The notes beneath the pieces are model-generated. The model did no database searches and had not been told where the DNA came from. It was given only the letters and a program-made list of their open reading frames with translations. The position numbers were made by a program, and so were the translations under genes. Positions 40,899 to 44,920 of a DNA stretch of 44,920 nt are shown here, one piece after another; position 1 is the first letter of the stretch, and each line of letters opens with the position of its first letter. Origin of the DNA: Hyphomicrobiales bacterium (GTDB taxonomy: Bacteria > Pseudomonadota > Alphaproteobacteria > Rhizobiales > Beijerinckiaceae); contig JANYIH010000229.1 of NCBI GenBank assembly GCA_025358745.1, positions 1 to 44,920 on the forward strand, read 5' to 3'.

Positions 40899-41663
40899 AT
40901 GACCGACAGCTACCCCGTAACGCCGACCAATCGCGTCAAGCGCCTGCACGAGCGCGGGTCTTATGATCATGCGACGATCCACGCGCTGCTCGATGCGTCG
41001 ATGATGTGCCATGTCGCCTATGTCATCGACGGCCAGCCCTATTGCACGCCGACGCTGTTCTGGCGCGAAGGGACGAGGCTCTATTGGCACGGCAGCAGCG
41101 CCAGTCGCATGTTGCGCAACCAGTCCGAAGGCGAGCCGGTCTGTCTGACGGTCGCCCATCTCGACAGCCTCGTACTGGCGCGCAGCGGCTTCAACCACTC
41201 GGCCGACTATCGCGCGGTGATGGCGTTCGGCCGCGCCAGGTTGATTGACGACGAGGACGAGAAGGCGCGCTCGATCCGCGCCATGGTTGATCGCTTCTAT
41301 CCCGGCCGCAGCGACCTGTTGCGGGCCCCGACCGCTCAGGAGATCAAGGCGACCCGCTTCGTCGGCATGGAAATCGAGGAGGCGAGCGCGAAAATCCGCG
41401 CCAAGGGGATCGGCGACGACGAGGAGGATTACGCGCTGCCTATCTATGCCGAGCGCATTCCGGTGCGCACCGTGCTCGGCGCGCCCGAGCCTTGCTCGCG
41501 GCTCGTCGCGGGCGTTGCGCGACCCGAGGGCCTGGCCGGCTATCGCGAGGGGCGGCGGCTCGACGAGGCGGTGGCGGAGGCACATGCGTTGTTTGGCGCT
41601 CAATCGCCCGCGGCGCTGGCGCAAGGCCGGAGCGGCGCGCCCGCGGCGTTGGCGGCGAAATAG
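40899..41663 (+). CDS. Pyridoxamine 5'-phosphate oxidase-like flavin-binding protein (NimA-like)
   Basis: KRLHERGSYD, LYWHGSSASRM, LARSGFNHSADYRAVM and SAKIR motifs. Confidence 0.88.
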   Translation: MTDSYPVTPTNRVKRLHERGSYDHATIHALLDASMMCHVAYVIDGQPYCTPTLFWREGTRLYWHGSSASRMLRNQSEGEPVCLTVAHLDSLVLARSGFNHSADYRAVMAFGRARLIDDEDEKARSIRAMVDRFYPGRSDLLRAPTAQEIKATRFVGMEIEEASAKIRAKGIGDDEEDYALPIYAERIPVRTVLGAPEPCSRLVAGVARPEGLAGYREGRRLDEAVAEAHALFGAQSPAALAQGRSGAPAALAAK

Positions 41664-42340
41664 GCGAAGGCGAAGCGCGCATTGTCGGTGCGCAGGCCAA
41701 CCGGCCCGTTGAGGCCGGCGATCCTGGCGCCCAGATCGCCCCTCCAGGCGAGCGCGCCGTCGGCGGTGACGGTCAGCGTCGAGCCGCTGAGTTCCGCACG
41801 CAAGACGTGGCTCGAACCCGGCGTGATCTGCGGCGGCGAACCGCGCTCGGTCGGCCTCGGGTTGTCATAGCCATGGGCGCCGCATTGTTCGTGCGTCGAT
41901 TGGCCGGGGTTGCGCTTCACCGACACCGCGACGCGCGAATCCGGCGCGATACGCCACATCGCGTAGACGAGATTGCAGGTGTCCGCGGCCCGCAGCTTGA
42001 TGCCGATCTGCTGGCGCAGTTCTCCCGACGCGAGCGGCTTCGTCCGCGCGCTTTGCCCGAAATAGGTGAAGCGAATTTCGGCCGCCTGCGGGCCGACCGA
42101 GGTGAGCACCGCACGCGCACTCGCAGTGTCGACTCCGATTCTGCCGTCGGGCAGCGGCGTCAAATCGCCGTTGGTGACACAAATGTCGCTCGGCGCGACG
42201 GGCCTTAGCGCGTCGGCTTGCGCCGTTGCGGGGCCAAGGCCGAGCGCAATCGCGGCGAGGCCGACACGTCGGCCGACTTTGCGGAGGGCCGGAGACGCCT
42301 CGCCCGCGTTGGGGCCGAAGTTGAAACAGAGCGCGGACAT
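41600..42340 (-). CDS. Hypothetical exported protein, probably beta-rich
   Basis: Open frame with a signal-like segment RRVGLAAIALGLGPATAQA, several Cys and C-terminal GPVGLRTDN. Start uncertain. Overlaps the convergent gene by 64 bp. Confidence 0.6.
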   Translation of the reverse strand: MSALCFNFGPNAGEASPALRKVGRRVGLAAIALGLGPATAQADALRPVAPSDICVTNGDLTPLPDGRIGVDTASARAVLTSVGPQAAEIRFTYFGQSARTKPLASGELRQQIGIKLRAADTCNLVYAMWRIAPDSRVAVSVKRNPGQSTHEQCGAHGYDNPRPTERGSPPQITPGSSHVLRAELSGSTLTVTADGALAWRGDLGARIAGLNGPVGLRTDNARFAFAYFAANAAGAPLRPCASAAGD

Positions 42341-42460
42341 GGCCAATCCCCCGCGAGCCGAGGCGCTAGGAAATCCGCGCGCCCCTTGCTCGCCATTGTA
42401 GGCCTTTCGCGATCGAACTGTCATACGGTTTCCGATTGAAGGGGTCGCGTCCGCCTCTTC

Positions 42461-42569
42461 CGTCATTGCGAGCGTGAGTCGAAGCAATCCAATTCTGGGA
42501 GATCGAAGGCTAGACGGATTGAACCTCGTCGACGGAGGCGTAGATTGCTTCGCTTCGCTCGCAATGACG
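42461..42569. repeat. Rhizobiales REP/REPIN-like inverted repeat element
   Basis: CGTCATTGCGAGCG..CGAAGCAATC (left arm) and GATTGCTTCG..CGCTCGCAATGACG (right arm) around a ~50-nt spacer, in an intergenic position. Confidence 0.8.
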
Positions 42570-42673
42570 AAAACCGAGGCAATTCTCCGGAATTCGGATC
42601 ACACGCTTCAATGTCCGGCGTTTTGGCGCCGATTGTATATTTTCACCGCGAGAGCGACGCGCTAGGTCGGGGG

Positions 42674-43564
42674 ATGAAGAAAGCGACGACGAGTGTGGTG
42701 GAGGCCTGGGGCAACGGCTTCCTCGGCATGTTGATTTTCAGCGCCTCGATGCCGGCCACGCGCGTGGCGGTGGGCGCGTTCGATCCGTTCTTCCTGACGG
42801 CGGCTCGGGCGGCGATCGCCGGCGTGCTGGCCCTGGCGACCCTCAAACTCCTGAACGCGCCGCGCCCGAGCCGCAGCGATTGGCCGCGTCTGGTCCTGGT
42901 TGCGGCCGGGGTCGTATTCGGTTTTCCCCTGTTGTCGGCGCTGGCGGTGACGCGCATCACCTCGGCGCATTCGCTGATCTGGATCGGCCTGTTGCCGCTG
43001 ACGACGGCGCTGTTCAGCGTGTGGCTCGCGGGTGAACGGCCGCCGCCGCGCTTCTGGGCGTTCGCCATTGCGGGCGCGGCCTGCGTCGCAGGCTTTGCGG
43101 CGGCGCGCTCGCGCGGCGGCGAGGCGGTGGGCGACGCGCTGATGGCGGGGGCGGTCGTTTCCGCGGGCCTGGGTTATGTCGAAGGCGCGCGGCTGACGCC
43201 AAAACTCGGCGGCTGGCAGGTGATCTCCTGGGCGCTCGTGTTGGCGCTGCCGTTCAGCGCGATGGCGGGCTTTCTGCTGCGACCCGAGCATTGGCCGGTC
43301 GCCGCCGCGCCCTGGGGCGGGCTTGCCTACGTCTCGGTGTTCTCAATGTGGATCGGCTTCGTGTTCTGGTATCGCGGTTTGTCGCTCGGCGGCATCGCGA
43401 CAATTGGTCAGTTGCAATTGTTGCAACCGTTCTTCGGCCTCGCGCTCTCGGCGCTGCTGTTGCGCGAAACGGTGAGCGCCTCAACCTTCGCCGTGGCGGG
43501 CGCGGTGCTTGTCTGCGTCGCCGGGGCGCGACGGACGACGGTGCGCGCTAGATCCGCTCGATGA
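42674..43564 (+). CDS. DMT/EamA-family transporter
   Basis: About 10 TM helices, with GNGFLGMLIFS..PATR, GGWQVISWAL and QLQLLQPFFGL motifs. Confidence 0.9.
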   Translation: MKKATTSVVEAWGNGFLGMLIFSASMPATRVAVGAFDPFFLTAARAAIAGVLALATLKLLNAPRPSRSDWPRLVLVAAGVVFGFPLLSALAVTRITSAHSLIWIGLLPLTTALFSVWLAGERPPPRFWAFAIAGAACVAGFAAARSRGGEAVGDALMAGAVVSAGLGYVEGARLTPKLGGWQVISWALVLALPFSAMAGFLLRPEHWPVAAAPWGGLAYVSVFSMWIGFVFWYRGLSLGGIATIGQLQLLQPFFGLALSALLLRETVSASTFAVAGAVLVCVAGARRTTVRARSAR

Positions 43565-44504
43565 TCTTCTCGCCGAACAAGCCTTGCGGCCGGAACAGCA
43601 GGAAGGCGAGGGCGATGGCGTAGGCGAGCCAGCGCTCGATCCCGCCGCCCAGCAGCGGACCCCAGTAGAACTCGCCGAGTTTCTCGCCGATGCCGATGAT
43701 GAGGCCGCCGATAATGGCGCCGGGGATCGAAGTCAGGCCGCCCAGGATCAGAACAGGCAGCGCCTTCAGCGCGACCACCTGTAGCGCGAAGGAGACATCG
43801 GAGCGCGCCCCCCACATGATCCCCGTCGCCAGCGCCACCACGCCGGCGGCGAACCAGACCACGACCCAGATCTGCTCCAGGGAGATGCCGACCGAGAGCG
43901 CCGCCTGATGATCGTCGGCGACCGCGCGCAGGGCGCGGCCGATGCGGGTTTTCTGAAAGAACAGCGCCAGCGCGCCCACCATCGCCAGCGCGACGGCGGC
44001 CGCCGCGATGTCGAGCTTTTGCAGCGTCACCGCGCCGCCCAGAATATGCAGATCGATCGCGCCCGAGGGCAGGCCGAGTTCGCTCGTGATCATCTGCTTG
44101 GGATTGCCGCCGAACACGAACTGGCCGAAGCCAATCAGGAAATAGGTGAGCCCGAATGTCGCCATCAGGAGAATTATATCGGGCTGGTTGACGAGCGGGC
44201 GCAGCACGATGCGCTCGACGCCGAAGGCGAGGCCGTACATCACCGCGACCGTCAGCGCGAGCGCAAGCCACGCCGGCACGCCCTTCTCATGCAGGCCGAC
44301 CAGCGTCAGCGCGGCGAACACCATCATGATGCCCTGCGCGAAGTTGAACACGCCGGAGGCCTTGTAGATCAGCACGAAGCCAAGCGCGATCAGCGAATAG
44401 AGCACGCCGCCGACAAAGCCGGTCCAGATCGTCTGCGCGAACAGATCGGGCGCGGCCGCCATCTGAACGAAGGGATCGACGAAGACGGCGTAGAGCGGGT
44501 TCAT
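43548..44504 (-). CDS. Branched-chain amino acid-type ABC transporter permease (LivH-like)
   Basis: YSLIALGFVLIYKASGVFNFAQG, TRIGRALRAVADD, ILGGLTSIPGA and RPQGLFG. Confidence 0.92.
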   Translation of the reverse strand: MNPLYAVFVDPFVQMAAAPDLFAQTIWTGFVGGVLYSLIALGFVLIYKASGVFNFAQGIMMVFAALTLVGLHEKGVPAWLALALTVAVMYGLAFGVERIVLRPLVNQPDIILLMATFGLTYFLIGFGQFVFGGNPKQMITSELGLPSGAIDLHILGGAVTLQKLDIAAAAVALAMVGALALFFQKTRIGRALRAVADDHQAALSVGISLEQIWVVVWFAAGVVALATGIMWGARSDVSFALQVVALKALPVLILGGLTSIPGAIIGGLIIGIGEKLGEFYWGPLLGGGIERWLAYAIALAFLLFRPQGLFGEKIIERI

Positions 44505-44511
44505 GTCAGCC

Positions 44512-44920
44512 TCAATGCGCGACGCCGAGATAGGCCGCGATCACGCCCTTGTCGGCCTTGACTTCGTCGGGCGTTCCGTCGGCGATCTTACGCCCGTATT
44601 CCAGCACGACGACGCGGTCGGACAGGTCCATCACCACGCCCATGTCATGCTCGATCAACGCGATGGTCGCGCCGAGCCGCCGGTTGGCTTCAACGATGAA
44701 GCGGCTCATGTCCTCTTTCTCCTCGCGGTTCATGCCGGCCATCGGCTCGTCGAGCAGCAGCAGTTTTGGCTCCATCGCCAGCGCACGGCCCAATTCGACC
44801 CGCTTCTGCAAGCCATAGGGCAGCTTGCCGACGGGGGTCTTGCGGATCGCCTCGATTTCGAGAAAGTCGATGATCTCCTCGCAGACCCCCCGATGGCGGA
44901 TTTCCTCGGCCAGCGCCGGC
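44512..44920 (-). CDS. ABC transporter ATP-binding protein (LivG-like), 3' part only
   Basis: LPYGLQKRVELGRALA, LLLLDEPMAG, IEHDMGVVM and terminal VIAAYLG. Runs off the window end. Confidence 0.9.
   Translation of the reverse strand, partial: PALAEEIRHRGVCEEIIDFLEIEAIRKTPVGKLPYGLQKRVELGRALAMEPKLLLLDEPMAGMNREEKEDMSRFIVEANRRLGATIALIEHDMGVVMDLSDRVVVLEYGRKIADGTPDEVKADKGVIAAYLGVAH

Overview
High-GC alphaproteobacterial chromosomal window, most likely Hyphomicrobiales (inferred from stand-alone rpsD, CtrA, EcfG and FixK-type motifs, and a Rhizobiales REP). No rRNA, tRNA, CRISPR or transposase was seen. The main feature is a ~14 kb island (2850-16909) for periplasmic alcohol oxidation. Its core is a PQQ alcohol dehydrogenase with the lanthanide-binding D-x-D signature (ExaF/PedH type), its cytochrome c550 and an ExaJ/PedG-like binding protein. 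Divergent from these lies a Tat-exported two-subunit molybdenum aldehyde oxidoreductase. The island also has a second cytochrome c behind a FixK/Fnr box, a TonB-dependent receptor divergent from an orphan MxcQ/PedS2-like kinase, and a FIST (NosP-like) sensor, hybrid kinase and LuxR regulator module. To the left is a CecR/YbhG-type efflux operon. To the right are a fused indolepyruvate oxidoreductase, a RluA-family synthase, ftsY, hslVU, katG/oxyR, a haloacid dehalogenase, an MCP, rpsD (structured leader), a CatB-like acetyltransferase, dnaN, PBP1A, stress genes, an Ntn acylase, a DMT transporter and a Liv-type ABC system. Many ORF-track starts are over-extended and were trimmed. All family calls come from motif recognition, not database searches.
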